Shown: positions 1 through 8,658, counted from the first letter of the stretch. The stretch is 64,000 bases of DNA from an uncultured Bacilli bacterium (GCA_944329365.1 CALVIC010000002.1:5062-69061); one strand, 5' to 3'. Program-made: numbers and translations. Notes: generated by a model not told the origin, from the letters alone.

Positions 1-843
1 TATAAAGTAAATAGCACAAGCTCAGTAATCACCTACGTTAAAGACGGAATACCTCATACGATTAATCAAACAAACCCAAATACCAATATCTACGAAATCA
101 TCCTTCAAAGCATAAAGTTTGATAAAATGAATAATCGCGAAGAAATCGATAAAAGTATTAAAGATGCCATGGAAACTCAAAGAAACACCGCCTTAAGAGA
201 AAACGACACTGTAACCATCGATAAAGCTGAATATCCAATTGATCAAATAGCTGATTATCTAAAAGAAAATTATCACATCAAAAACATCTATGGTATAAGA
301 CAAACCGACAAAACTATAACGGATGGAATGCTTATGGTCGACTTCGGTAAAGGTTTCCAGCCAATATTTGTCAAATTAGAAGAAAATGGTCAAACTAAAA
401 TATCATTTGGCGAAGAAAAGCAAATCGACAATACCAAAAGTGTTACTGAAACTAAAGTTAATATGGAAGACGAGAAAAAAGAAGACGATTTAAATCAAAA
501 CATCGATAATTACTTAGTAGACAATACATTTGATAAAATTCATGAAAAATTAAAAACAAACACTCCTTTAACAGACGAAGAAAAAAAACTTCTAAAAGAA
601 TACGAAGATTCAAAAGAACGTACAGAATTACCAGATGAGACTAAAGAAACTGCCGAAGAAGTATATGAAGAAGTTAAAAACTCAGATAATCTTCAAAAAA
701 ATAGCGCAAAAGTTAAAGTAAAAAGATTAACTCCACCAAAATTTACCCAAGCCGCCTTTGCAAACCCATTATTTTTAACATTTATAAGTGGAGCTGCTTT
801 CGGACTTGGCATAATTACAATTGTTGAAACAATACTAAATTAA
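1..843 (+). CDS. hypothetical protein with charged middle region and C-terminal transmembrane anchor; probably 5'-truncated by the window edge
   Basis: Track ORF 127..843. Frame 1 has no stop between nt 1 and 126 and there is no Shine-Dalgarno before ATG127, so the gene probably starts upstream of the window. Hydrophobic C-terminus FANPLFLTFISGAAFGLGIITIV. No family recognised. Confidence 0.5.
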   Translation, partial: YKVNSTSSVITYVKDGIPHTINQTNPNTNIYEIILQSIKFDKMNNREEIDKSIKDAMETQRNTALRENDTVTIDKAEYPIDQIADYLKENYHIKNIYGIRQTDKTITDGMLMVDFGKGFQPIFVKLEENGQTKISFGEEKQIDNTKSVTETKVNMEDEKKEDDLNQNIDNYLVDNTFDKIHEKLKTNTPLTDEEKKLLKEYEDSKERTELPDETKETAEEVYEEVKNSDNLQKNSAKVKVKRLTPPKFTQAAFANPLFLTFISGAAFGLGIITIVETILN

Positions 844-849
844 AGTTAT

Positions 850-878
850 AAGCACAAAAAAATAATTGTGCTTTTTTT
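850..878 (+). terminator. rho-independent terminator after first CDS
   Basis: Stem aagcacaa / ttgtgctt with an 8-nt loop, followed by a T6-7 run directly after the stop at 843. Confidence 0.6.
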
Positions 879-981
879 CATAAAATATTAATGCGAAATG
901 TATCTACCCACAATCGTTAAAGAAATAAAAGAAGTAAAACTCAATATAAAAAATTTATCCTTTAAAAAATAAACCTTTTCC

Positions 982-1000
982 TGTATAATGGAAGAGGTGA
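982..1000 (+). promoter_or_regulatory. extended -10 promoter (TGTATAAT) plus GAGGTGA Shine-Dalgarno for the ABC-F gene
   Basis: tgtataat at 982-989, gaggtga at 994-1000, ATG at 1008. This implies a very short leader. Confidence 0.45.
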
Positions 1001-1007
1001 TTTTTTT

Positions 1008-2603
1008 ATGTTACAAGTTAAAAATTTAAGTTTAAGATTTGGCAAAAGAGTATTATTCGAAAACGTAAATCTCGAATTTAAACCCCATGAATGTTATGGT
1101 GTCATTGGTGCAAACGGTGCTGGGAAAAGTACATTTCTAAAAATATTAACTGGTGAAATTGAATCATCTACCGGTGAAATTATCAAAGACAAATACGAAA
1201 GAATATCTGTTTTAAAGCAAAATCATAATGCCTACGACGAATATACGGTTATCGATACCGTTATTATGGGTAACGACAGATTATATCAAATCATGAAAGA
1301 AAAAGAAGCATTATATATGAAACCTGATTTCACCGATGAAGATGGTATAACAGTAGCAAAATTAGAAGATGAATTCGAAAGTTTAAACGGCTGGGAAGCT
1401 GAAAGTAACGCTGCAATATTATTATCAGGACTAGGCCTAGATAATTCATATTATGATAAAAATATGAAAGAACTAACTGACAAAGATAAAGTCAAAGTTT
1501 TACTCGCTCAAGCTCTATTTGGTGAGCCAGATATCCTATTGTTAGACGAACCAACAAACGGTTTAGATTTAAAAAGTAAAATTTGGCTCGAAAACTTCCT
1601 ATTAGACTTTAAAGGAACCATAATCCTAGTGTCTCACGACCGCCATTTTCTAAATAAAATTTGTACCTATATGGTCGATATCGACAGACAAAGAATTAAA
1701 ATGACCGTTGGAAACTATGATTTCTGGTATCAAACTAATGAACTTATTCAAAAACAAATAAAAGAAGCCAACAAGAAAAAAGAAGCCAAAATAAAAGAAC
1801 TCGAAAACTTTATTGCTCGTTTCTCGGCAAATGCTTCAAAATCAAAACAAGCTACATCTCGTAAAAAATTATTAGATAAAATAACCTTGGAAGAAATAGT
1901 TCCATCTTCTAGAAAATATCCATACATAAACTTTGAATATGAAAAAAGACTAGGGAAGGAAGTAATAACCCTAAGCAAAATTAATGTAACCATAAATGGT
2001 AAACAAATTTTAAAAAACTTTACCTTAAACATCAAACCTGACGATAAAATTGCTCTAATCGGGGAAAATGAAATAGCTAAAACAACCTTATTTAAAGTAA
2101 TTACCGGTGAAATAACCCCCGACAGTGGCGAAATAAAAATCGGTTCTACCGTTATAATCTCATATTTCCCTAAAAACCATGATGAATATTTTACTGAAGA
2201 CGAAAATCTTATCGAATGGTTACGTAAATATTCAGAAAACAAAGACGATAGCTTTGTCCGTGGCTTCCTAGGTCGAATGCTATTTTCTGGAGAAGAATCA
2301 CTAAAAAGTGTCAAAGTCTTGTCCGGTGGCGAAAAAGTTAGATGTATGTTTTCTAAAATGATGCTTAATAAAGGAAATGTTTTACTATTAGATGAACCTA
2401 CCAACCACCTTGATATCGAATCTATAACCTCCTTAAATAACGGATTAACAAAATTTAATGGACCAATTGTTATTGCAAGTTTTGATACTGAACTTATTAG
2501 AACCCTAGCCAACCGGTTAATCGATATCCACGATGATGGAACATACACCGACAAACAAATGACATATGATGAATATCTAGATTACTTAGAAAAAAACAAA
2601 TAA
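1008..2603 (+). CDS. ABC-F family ATPase (two tandem ABC domains, no membrane domain) with one degenerate ATP site
   Basis: NBD1 has Walker A GANGAGKST, Walker B ILLLDEPTNGLD and H-loop VSHDRHF. A charged linker KQIKEANKKKEAKIKELENF follows. NBD2 has signature LSGGEKVR and Walker B VLLLDEPTNHLD. The NBD2 Walker A reads GENEIAKTT and the NBD1 signature reads LTDKDK. Confidence 0.9.
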   Translation: MLQVKNLSLRFGKRVLFENVNLEFKPHECYGVIGANGAGKSTFLKILTGEIESSTGEIIKDKYERISVLKQNHNAYDEYTVIDTVIMGNDRLYQIMKEKEALYMKPDFTDEDGITVAKLEDEFESLNGWEAESNAAILLSGLGLDNSYYDKNMKELTDKDKVKVLLAQALFGEPDILLLDEPTNGLDLKSKIWLENFLLDFKGTIILVSHDRHFLNKICTYMVDIDRQRIKMTVGNYDFWYQTNELIQKQIKEANKKKEAKIKELENFIARFSANASKSKQATSRKKLLDKITLEEIVPSSRKYPYINFEYEKRLGKEVITLSKINVTINGKQILKNFTLNIKPDDKIALIGENEIAKTTLFKVITGEITPDSGEIKIGSTVIISYFPKNHDEYFTEDENLIEWLRKYSENKDDSFVRGFLGRMLFSGEESLKSVKVLSGGEKVRCMFSKMMLNKGNVLLLDEPTNHLDIESITSLNNGLTKFNGPIVIASFDTELIRTLANRLIDIHDDGTYTDKQMTYDEYLDYLEKNK

Positions 2604-2608
2604 AAGAA

Positions 2609-2634
2609 GTTACTCAAAAGTAACATCTTTTTTA
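2609..2634. terminator. bidirectional stem-loop between convergent genes
   Basis: gttact-caaa-agtaac followed by atctttttt. It lies between the stop at 2603 (+) and the stop at 2632 (-). Confidence 0.5.
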
Positions 2635-4341
2635 ATAGAATATAACATATTTATTAAGTTTATAAATTGTTCCATTTATTCTTATAAATATATAATATTT
2701 ACCTTTAATTTCATCCTCATTGACATATTTTGAAGTAACAATTTTTTCTTCATCACTATCAGGAATCTGAATATCATATGTTTTCTTACTTAAAACATTA
2801 TCTAAAATAAGTTGAACATCGTCATCTTTACTAAATGTTCCTGCAAATCTAAGACCATAAACATCTTTATAAAAATTCAAATTATATTTATCGATAATAC
2901 TTTCGTCTTCCTTTGCCCATATAAGCAAGTGATTAGAAGTAGTCGGTGTCTCACCTAAAACACCAAGCCGCGTACCTTGAACCCCAGTATATATATCATT
3001 CGCATAAAGTGGCATCAACTTAGTATTATAAAGAGTAGAATTAATAGAAAGCAATCTCTCAGCCGAATCATTAACCCTCAAAATATTATTACCTTGAGTC
3101 ACCAAATAACCCTCATCAGTCTTATCGATATAAGCATTTTCATTATCATCTAGTGTAATTTTATTTGTTATGTCAAACGTTTTATTCACTCTATCTAACT
3201 TGTAAGTAAGTAAAGCTCTTTTATTCCCATCTAAACTAGTAACTACAAACTCATCAGAATTAATAAGCGTTACTGTCTCGGGTGAATCAGGTAAATTATC
3301 GCCATCTAACTTGTACTTATTAAACTTACCTAAATCATGTTTACTGATAATCCAGTTTATTTCTGTTGAAGCATAGTCAATATTGATAATCATGTCATTA
3401 TGATAACCGGAAACCGTTAACGAATTCGTTGGAGCATCATAGGCTAGAGAAGTAATGCCAAACCAGTTTCCCTCATGATTACCACCTAAAATCTTATTCA
3501 AATCGATTTCCTTCACAATATTACCAGTTGCCCGGTCAATTTCAACTATATAATCTTCACGTGTATTATTATTACCATTTGAAGCAATAAGTAAATTTCC
3601 ATTATCAAACTCGATCATATTATGATGATATCCTCCTGGAATGTTATACTCGTAGTAAATTTTTCCAAGCAAATCCATCTCCACAAGACCAATACTATAA
3701 TAAGGCTGACTTACGAGCTTATCACTTCCGATTATAATATGCCCGTTATTTAATCTTTGAATATCCCATTTATAATCACCAGTTAAATACCACCTAACTT
3801 CACCATTTTCATCATAAGCCGCTGTATATCCTTTATCTTCTGGAGTTGTAAAATAAAATTTTCCATCCTCAAGTTCCATATCTGAAACATAAGTTGCCTT
3901 TGTAAAATCATCAGGTAAAGCACCTGTTTTAATCGTAATTTCCTTCGATGTTCCACTAGCTGTAATAACCACCTTATTATCATAATCTGGATAAAGACCA
4001 TAAATTGGTAAAATATGAACCTTATTCGGCACAAAAGTGTGTGTAATATCTGCCGCACCATCCTTACCCTTAACCGTTAATGTAACTGAAGTTAAATCTT
4101 TAGTCTCAAAAACGACCAAAGCAGTTAAAGGCGAATTACCATAAAAATTCAAAAGAACATTTGGATTATCCAAAGTATAATTAGTATTTGCCAAATGTTG
4201 ATTTTCTAAATCCTTCTGATACGATAAAACATCGTATTCCGTATCGACCGCTGTAGATTTTTGAATATACTCGTAAATAAAAATTGAAGCCGCAAAAGTA
4301 ACCACAATTAATAAAACATATTTAAAAATTATCTTTTTCAT
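2632..4341 (-). CDS. aryl-sulfate sulfotransferase (ASST) family protein, N-terminally membrane/signal anchored
   Basis: 569 aa with N-terminal hydrophobic helix KKIIFKYVLLIVVTFAASIFIY. The segment NFYGNSPLTALVVFETKD...TLTVKGKDG...HILPIYGLYPDYDNKVVI matches my memory of the Arylsulfotran_N domain and is followed by a propeller-sized region. GAGGTG Shine-Dalgarno. Confidence 0.6.
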   Translation of the reverse strand: MKKIIFKYVLLIVVTFAASIFIYEYIQKSTAVDTEYDVLSYQKDLENQHLANTNYTLDNPNVLLNFYGNSPLTALVVFETKDLTSVTLTVKGKDGAADITHTFVPNKVHILPIYGLYPDYDNKVVITASGTSKEITIKTGALPDDFTKATYVSDMELEDGKFYFTTPEDKGYTAAYDENGEVRWYLTGDYKWDIQRLNNGHIIIGSDKLVSQPYYSIGLVEMDLLGKIYYEYNIPGGYHHNMIEFDNGNLLIASNGNNNTREDYIVEIDRATGNIVKEIDLNKILGGNHEGNWFGITSLAYDAPTNSLTVSGYHNDMIINIDYASTEINWIISKHDLGKFNKYKLDGDNLPDSPETVTLINSDEFVVTSLDGNKRALLTYKLDRVNKTFDITNKITLDDNENAYIDKTDEGYLVTQGNNILRVNDSAERLLSINSTLYNTKLMPLYANDIYTGVQGTRLGVLGETPTTSNHLLIWAKEDESIIDKYNLNFYKDVYGLRFAGTFSKDDDVQLILDNVLSKKTYDIQIPDSDEEKIVTSKYVNEDEIKGKYYIFIRINGTIYKLNKYVIFY

Positions 4342-4350
4342 AAAGCACCT

Positions 4351-4899
4351 CTAAATCAAACGCATCTCACTATCTGTATAGAAAGGTCTTTTTTTATTTA
4401 TATGATCGTAAAAAAGCATTCCGTTAAGGTGATCAATCTCATGTTGGAAAATAATTGCCAAATACTCTCTAGCTCTAATTGTCATTTTGTTTCCATCCTC
4501 GTCATAACCAGTAACCGTAATTCTCGCATACCTTGGAACATGACCTTCGACATCTCTATTTACACTAAGACATCCTTCCCCCTCTTCTAAAGCAACCATT
4601 TCCTCAGAATGGCTAATTATCTTTGGATTAACCATCACATAATTTTTAAACTTACCTTTCTCATATTCGTAAACGATGATGATTATTCTGGCATTGATTC
4701 CAATTTGTGGAAAAGCTAAAGCCGTTCCTGGCCTAATATCATACTTATTTGCATATTCTTCAATTTGACTGTAAGTTAAATGCTTAATGGACCTATCGAT
4801 TAAATCCTTATACTCCTTTGAAAGTGGAAATTTTACCTCTTTGCACGTTGTTCTAATAATTTTCTGCTTCTCATCAACCATTTTTAGTGGTTTAAACAT
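4351..4899 (-). CDS. def: peptide deformylase
   Basis: Literal motifs EGCLS and HEIDHLNG, plus the motif-1-like ALAFPQIG. 182 aa. GGAGA Shine-Dalgarno 7 nt upstream. Confidence 0.93.
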   Translation of the reverse strand: MFKPLKMVDEKQKIIRTTCKEVKFPLSKEYKDLIDRSIKHLTYSQIEEYANKYDIRPGTALAFPQIGINARIIIIVYEYEKGKFKNYVMVNPKIISHSEEMVALEEGEGCLSVNRDVEGHVPRYARITVTGYDEDGNKMTIRAREYLAIIFQHEIDHLNGMLFYDHINKKRPFYTDSEMRLI

Positions 4900-5074
4900 A
4901 ATATCATCTCCATATATCTATTTTATCATATTTTTCTTTAAAAATATTAATGGATTTCATCTGCTTTACACACATCCATAAACTCTTCGTATTATATAAT
5001 TTTGCGGGTGCATTGTCAAACCAAAATCATAAATAAATAAAAGTTTAATATCCTTATATAGAAAGGAGAAAAAA

Positions 5075-5998
5075 ATGAATTATATCGATAAAAACTTTTA
5101 CGATTTAATAAAGCAATTCAAAACCTCAAGTACCCAAGAAATCTTCAATCATATCAAAAATCTTTACGTAAACCTAAACCCCGAAACTAAAAAAGGAATC
5201 GAAAAATTTCTAAACGACTTTAACTATTGGGGCCTTTTAAAAGAAGAGGAGGACAACTTCGAAGAAATCGAAAAAAAGGCCAAAGCCTTAAAAGAAAACT
5301 ACAAAGAATACCAAAAATTGTATGAATCACTAGAAGACTATCGTTCAAAACTAGTCTTGCTTGCCACCATCAATAATTGGTATAACTACGACTTTAAAAC
5401 ACTCTCTAAAGTAATTGAAAATACCTATGACGACTATTTCGATCTAGACCTAATCAAACCAAACAAAGAAGAAGTATTAGTGGACCTAGGTGCCTATATC
5501 GGCGACACCGCTATATCATTTGCTCAAAATTATGGAGACAACTATAAAAAAATATACTGCTTTGAAATAAGTCCGGAAACAATCGAATATCTAAAAGCCA
5601 ATACAGCTTCGATTCCAAACCTTGAAATCATCGAAAAAGGTGTGAGTGATAAACAAGGTGAAGAATATTTAAAAATAAACCCATCTGGTATCTCCGCCAA
5701 CACCTTATCCGAAGAAGGAGAAATTAAAGTTCAAATAACCACACTGGATGACGAAATAAAAGAAAAAATAACAATCATTAAAAGCGACATCGAAGGCATG
5801 GAGCAAAAAGCCCTAAAAGGTGCCCAAAATCATATTAAGACCTCCCATCCTAAACTACTGATATCGATCTATCACAGTAACGAAGACATCTGGCAAATAC
5901 CTAAAATGATCAAAGAAATGGATAATACTTATAAATTTTATCTAAGATATCACGGCGGTCCAATATACCCAACCGAAATAACTTTAATCGCAATTTAA
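5075..5998 (+). CDS. FkbM-family SAM-dependent methyltransferase with about 130-aa N-terminal extension
   Basis: SAM-binding-like VLVDLGAYIGDTAISFA; the C-terminal IIKSDIEGMEQKALKGA pattern is typical of the Methyltransf_21/FkbM family. AAAGGAG Shine-Dalgarno. Confidence 0.7.
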   Translation: MNYIDKNFYDLIKQFKTSSTQEIFNHIKNLYVNLNPETKKGIEKFLNDFNYWGLLKEEEDNFEEIEKKAKALKENYKEYQKLYESLEDYRSKLVLLATINNWYNYDFKTLSKVIENTYDDYFDLDLIKPNKEEVLVDLGAYIGDTAISFAQNYGDNYKKIYCFEISPETIEYLKANTASIPNLEIIEKGVSDKQGEEYLKINPSGISANTLSEEGEIKVQITTLDDEIKEKITIIKSDIEGMEQKALKGAQNHIKTSHPKLLISIYHSNEDIWQIPKMIKEMDNTYKFYLRYHGGPIYPTEITLIAI

Positions 5999-6018
5999 TT
6001 TACTAATTAAAATTTATC

Positions 6019-6039
6019 TGTTATAATGAAAACAGGTGA
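6019..6039 (+). promoter_or_regulatory. extended -10 promoter (TGTTATAAT) plus AGGTGA Shine-Dalgarno
   Basis: tgttataat at 6019-6027, aggtga at 6034-6039, ATG at 6045. Confidence 0.45.
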
Positions 6040-6044
6040 TTTTC

Positions 6045-6551
6045 ATGGAATTAGTTGATTTATATAACGATAGACACGAACCAACCGGTTTAGTATCAGA
6101 TAAACACAGCGTCCCTAAAGGTTACTTTAGGGTTTCTGTTCATGTCTGGATTATAGATAAAAATGGAAACCTGCTTCTTCAACAAAGAGTCAGCTCATCC
6201 CATAAATTTCCAAATATGTGGGCCAATATTAGTGGGGTAGTTGCGGCTGGAGAAACCCCAATTGCCGCAGCCATTAGAGAAATCAAAGAAAAACTTGGAC
6301 TAAGTATTTCCAAAGATGAGCTTAAATATATTGCCACATATAAAAGATTGATTGATTATGCCGAAGTATACCTTCTTGAAAAAAACATCAATCTAAAAGA
6401 ACTAACACTCGGCCCTAAAAAAGTTAATGCCGTCAAATACGTAACCCAAAACGAATTTAGAGAAATGATTAAAAAAGGCGAAGGAGTTAAATCGTCTTTT
6501 GCCTACTTTGAAAATTATTTTTACGAAATGAATAGAGAGGTCAAACTATAA
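6045..6551 (+). CDS. NUDIX hydrolase
   Basis: Nudix box GVVAAGETPIAAAIREIKEKLGL (Gx5Ex7REUxEExGU pattern). The track start GTG6036 lies inside the Shine-Dalgarno, so ATG6045 is preferred. Confidence 0.8.
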   Translation: MELVDLYNDRHEPTGLVSDKHSVPKGYFRVSVHVWIIDKNGNLLLQQRVSSSHKFPNMWANISGVVAAGETPIAAAIREIKEKLGLSISKDELKYIATYKRLIDYAEVYLLEKNINLKELTLGPKKVNAVKYVTQNEFREMIKKGEGVKSSFAYFENYFYEMNREVKL

Positions 6552-6552
6552 T

Positions 6553-7152
6553 ATGAAACTAGGCAGTAAAATATCATACATTTATAATTTATTATGGGAC
6601 GAACCAATTATCCAAAATTATCTTGTTGAAAGTTTCAAATATTCAAATCCCAAAGAAGATGGCACAAGATTAATTCCATGGGTCAAAGACAATATCCCAC
6701 TAATTCCAAATAATGAAAAATGTGTAAAAATTTATGCCATTACCTTTGAAAAGGATGAAGATGAAATAAAAAGAGAAATGGAAGAAAAAATAAAAAATCC
6801 GAAAATAACCGTTAAAAACCATCAATCGCTTCAAAACAAATATGGGTTTATCTTTAAAAGAAAAATTTGGAATACGACTTACGAACAAATAATCATAAGT
6901 GATGGAATAGGTAAATTTATAAACATCGGTAAATACATCATCATCGATTTTCAAAGTACAGCAAGTTACGTTATACGTGAATTATGGCAAAACGGAAAAT
7001 TACTCGAAAGAGAAATCTTGTCACAAAACAAATGGCAAGAACTTCCTTTATATCACAATACATATAAAGTAGACAATATCGACCCAAAAGAAATAGACTT
7101 TACCTTAAAAGGTCAGAAAAAATTACAGAAAAAAAGAAAAGGGATGATATAA
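6553..7152 (+). CDS. hypothetical protein (199 aa)
   Basis: Long ORF tightly packed between the NUDIX gene and trpS, whose ATG overlaps this ORF's stop. No family recognised. Confidence 0.5.
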   Translation: MKLGSKISYIYNLLWDEPIIQNYLVESFKYSNPKEDGTRLIPWVKDNIPLIPNNEKCVKIYAITFEKDEDEIKREMEEKIKNPKITVKNHQSLQNKYGFIFKRKIWNTTYEQIIISDGIGKFINIGKYIIIDFQSTASYVIRELWQNGKLLEREILSQNKWQELPLYHNTYKVDNIDPKEIDFTLKGQKKLQKKRKGMI

Positions 7153-8234
7153 TGCAGAAAATAATATTAACTGGAGATCGTCCAACTGGAAAACTTCACA
7201 TCGGTCACTACGCCGGATCTCTTAAAAACCGTGTAGAACTTCAAAACTCTGGAAACTTTGACGAAATATACATCGAAATAGCTGACGCCCAAGCGCTAAC
7301 TGATAATGCCGACAATCCAGAAAAAATAAGACAAAACGTTATCGAAGTTGTTTTAGATTATCTTGCTTGTGGCATTGACCCTAAAAAAACGTCTATCTTT
7401 ATTCAATCAGCAGTTCCTGAACTGTGTGAACTTACTTTTTACTATTTAAACCTTGTAACCGTCTCAAGGCTCGAGCGCAACCCAACCATTAAAGATGAAA
7501 TCAAATTAAGAGGTTTTAAAACATCGATCCCGGCAGGCTTCCTAGCTTATCCAGTATCACAGGCTGCTGATATAACTGCCTTTAAAGCAACCCTAGTTCC
7601 CGTTGGTGAAGACCAACTTCCAATGCTTGAACAAACCAAAGAAATTGTCAGAAGCTTTAACAATATCTATGGTAAAACCTTAGTTGAGCCAGAAATCCTG
7701 CTTCCAAAAAATAAACTTTGTTCAAGATTACCAGGACTAGATGGTAATGCCAAAATGAGCAAATCATTAGGTAACTGTATATACTTATCAGACTCAGAAG
7801 AAGAAGTAAAAAAGAAAATCATGAGTATGTACACAGATCCTACTCATTTAAAAGTTGACGACCCTGGGCACACCGAAAACAATCCTGTGTTTATCTATCT
7901 TGAAGCCTTTGCAAACGACTCTCACTTCGCTAAATATTGGCCAGAGTTTCAAAATCTAGAAGAACTTAAAAAAGCCTACGAAAAAGGTGGAATAGGGGAT
8001 ATGAAAGTTAAAAAATTCCTAAATAACGTTATGGAAGAAACCTTAAAACCGATAAGAGAAAGAAGAAAATATTGGGAAAATCATATTATGGAGGTTTATC
8101 AAATACTAAAAGATGGAACTGAAAAGGCAAGACAAAAAGCTATTGAAACAACCAAAGAAGTCAAAGCCGCCATGGGAATAAATTACTTCGAAAATGATAG
8201 TTGGATCAAAGAACAAGAAAATAAATTCAATTAA
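7152..8234 (+). CDS. trpS: tryptophan--tRNA ligase
   Basis: Class I motifs LHIGHY (HIGH) and KMSKS are both literal. VPVGEDQ and AADI motifs are characteristic of TrpRS. 360 aa. Confidence 0.9.
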   Translation: MQKIILTGDRPTGKLHIGHYAGSLKNRVELQNSGNFDEIYIEIADAQALTDNADNPEKIRQNVIEVVLDYLACGIDPKKTSIFIQSAVPELCELTFYYLNLVTVSRLERNPTIKDEIKLRGFKTSIPAGFLAYPVSQAADITAFKATLVPVGEDQLPMLEQTKEIVRSFNNIYGKTLVEPEILLPKNKLCSRLPGLDGNAKMSKSLGNCIYLSDSEEEVKKKIMSMYTDPTHLKVDDPGHTENNPVFIYLEAFANDSHFAKYWPEFQNLEELKKAYEKGGIGDMKVKKFLNNVMEETLKPIRERRKYWENHIMEVYQILKDGTEKARQKAIETTKEVKAAMGINYFENDSWIKEQENKFN

Positions 8235-8259
8235 AATGACCGTTAAAGTCATTTTTTTC
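8234..8259 (+). terminator. rho-independent terminator after trpS
   Basis: aaatgac-cgttaaa-gtcattt followed by a T-run. Confidence 0.55.
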
Positions 8260-8360
8260 ATAAAAATAATATAAATATATATTTAAGCGAATGTGAAAAA
8301 ATGACAAACATAAAAAAAATAAAAAAACATAATAAAAGAAGTTTCTAGAGAAACCTCTTT

Positions 8361-8525
8361 TTATCGATTATTACCGTAAGCTCTTGCGCCTATAATTATT
8401 ACAAGTAAAATGAAAAGCACTAAAACAATTGCTGCTCCATATCCTGTTCCATATCCGCCGCCATAGCCGTAACCACCACAAGGATTGCCACAACCATAGC
8501 CTTGATAACCACCATAGTAATACAT
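8361..8525 (-). CDS. YjcZ-like Gly/Tyr-rich tiny membrane (sporulation-associated) protein, 54 aa; absent from the ORF track
   Basis: Hand translation: MYYYGGYQGYGCGNPCGGYGYGGGYGTGYGAAIVLVLFILLVIIIGARAYGNNR*. AGGAGGT Shine-Dalgarno at 8531-8537; stem-loop gtttc/gaaac plus T-run downstream. The Gly-Tyr N-terminus with a single C-terminal TM matches the YjcZ tiny-protein family of spore formers, from memory. Confidence 0.7.
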   Translation of the reverse strand: MYYYGGYQGYGCGNPCGGYGYGGGYGTGYGAAIVLVLFILLVIIIGARAYGNNR

Positions 8526-8658
8526 ATAATACCTCCTATCTTTTCTAATATAGTGTATGTTTATATCAAATAACGTATATTAGAAACACCTAATTTTATT
8601 TTTTATCTTTCAAAAAAACTTAGAATATGCTATCATTATATAAGATAGGAGTAGGGAA

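Noticed and set aside
891-920. 9-codon uORF (MRNVSTHNR) upstream of the ABC-F gene, considered as an ARE-type leader peptide or attenuator.
   Set aside because: It has no Shine-Dalgarno. The only convincing promoter element (982-989) lies downstream of it. No alternative terminator/antiterminator hairpins occur between it and the ABC-F start.
1748-2554. 268-aa antisense ORF inside the ABC-F gene. The same class of track ORFs occurs at 3783-4061, 4402-4590, 6700-6954, 9069-9296, 13840-14031, 14384-14641, 16237-16512, 19345-19557, 21845-22048, 26285-26479, 28118-28318, 62642-62866 and elsewhere.
   Set aside because: These lie entirely within, and antisense or out of frame to, genes with strong family signatures. 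Their composition is low-complexity and they lack a Shine-Dalgarno. They are typical shadow ORFs.
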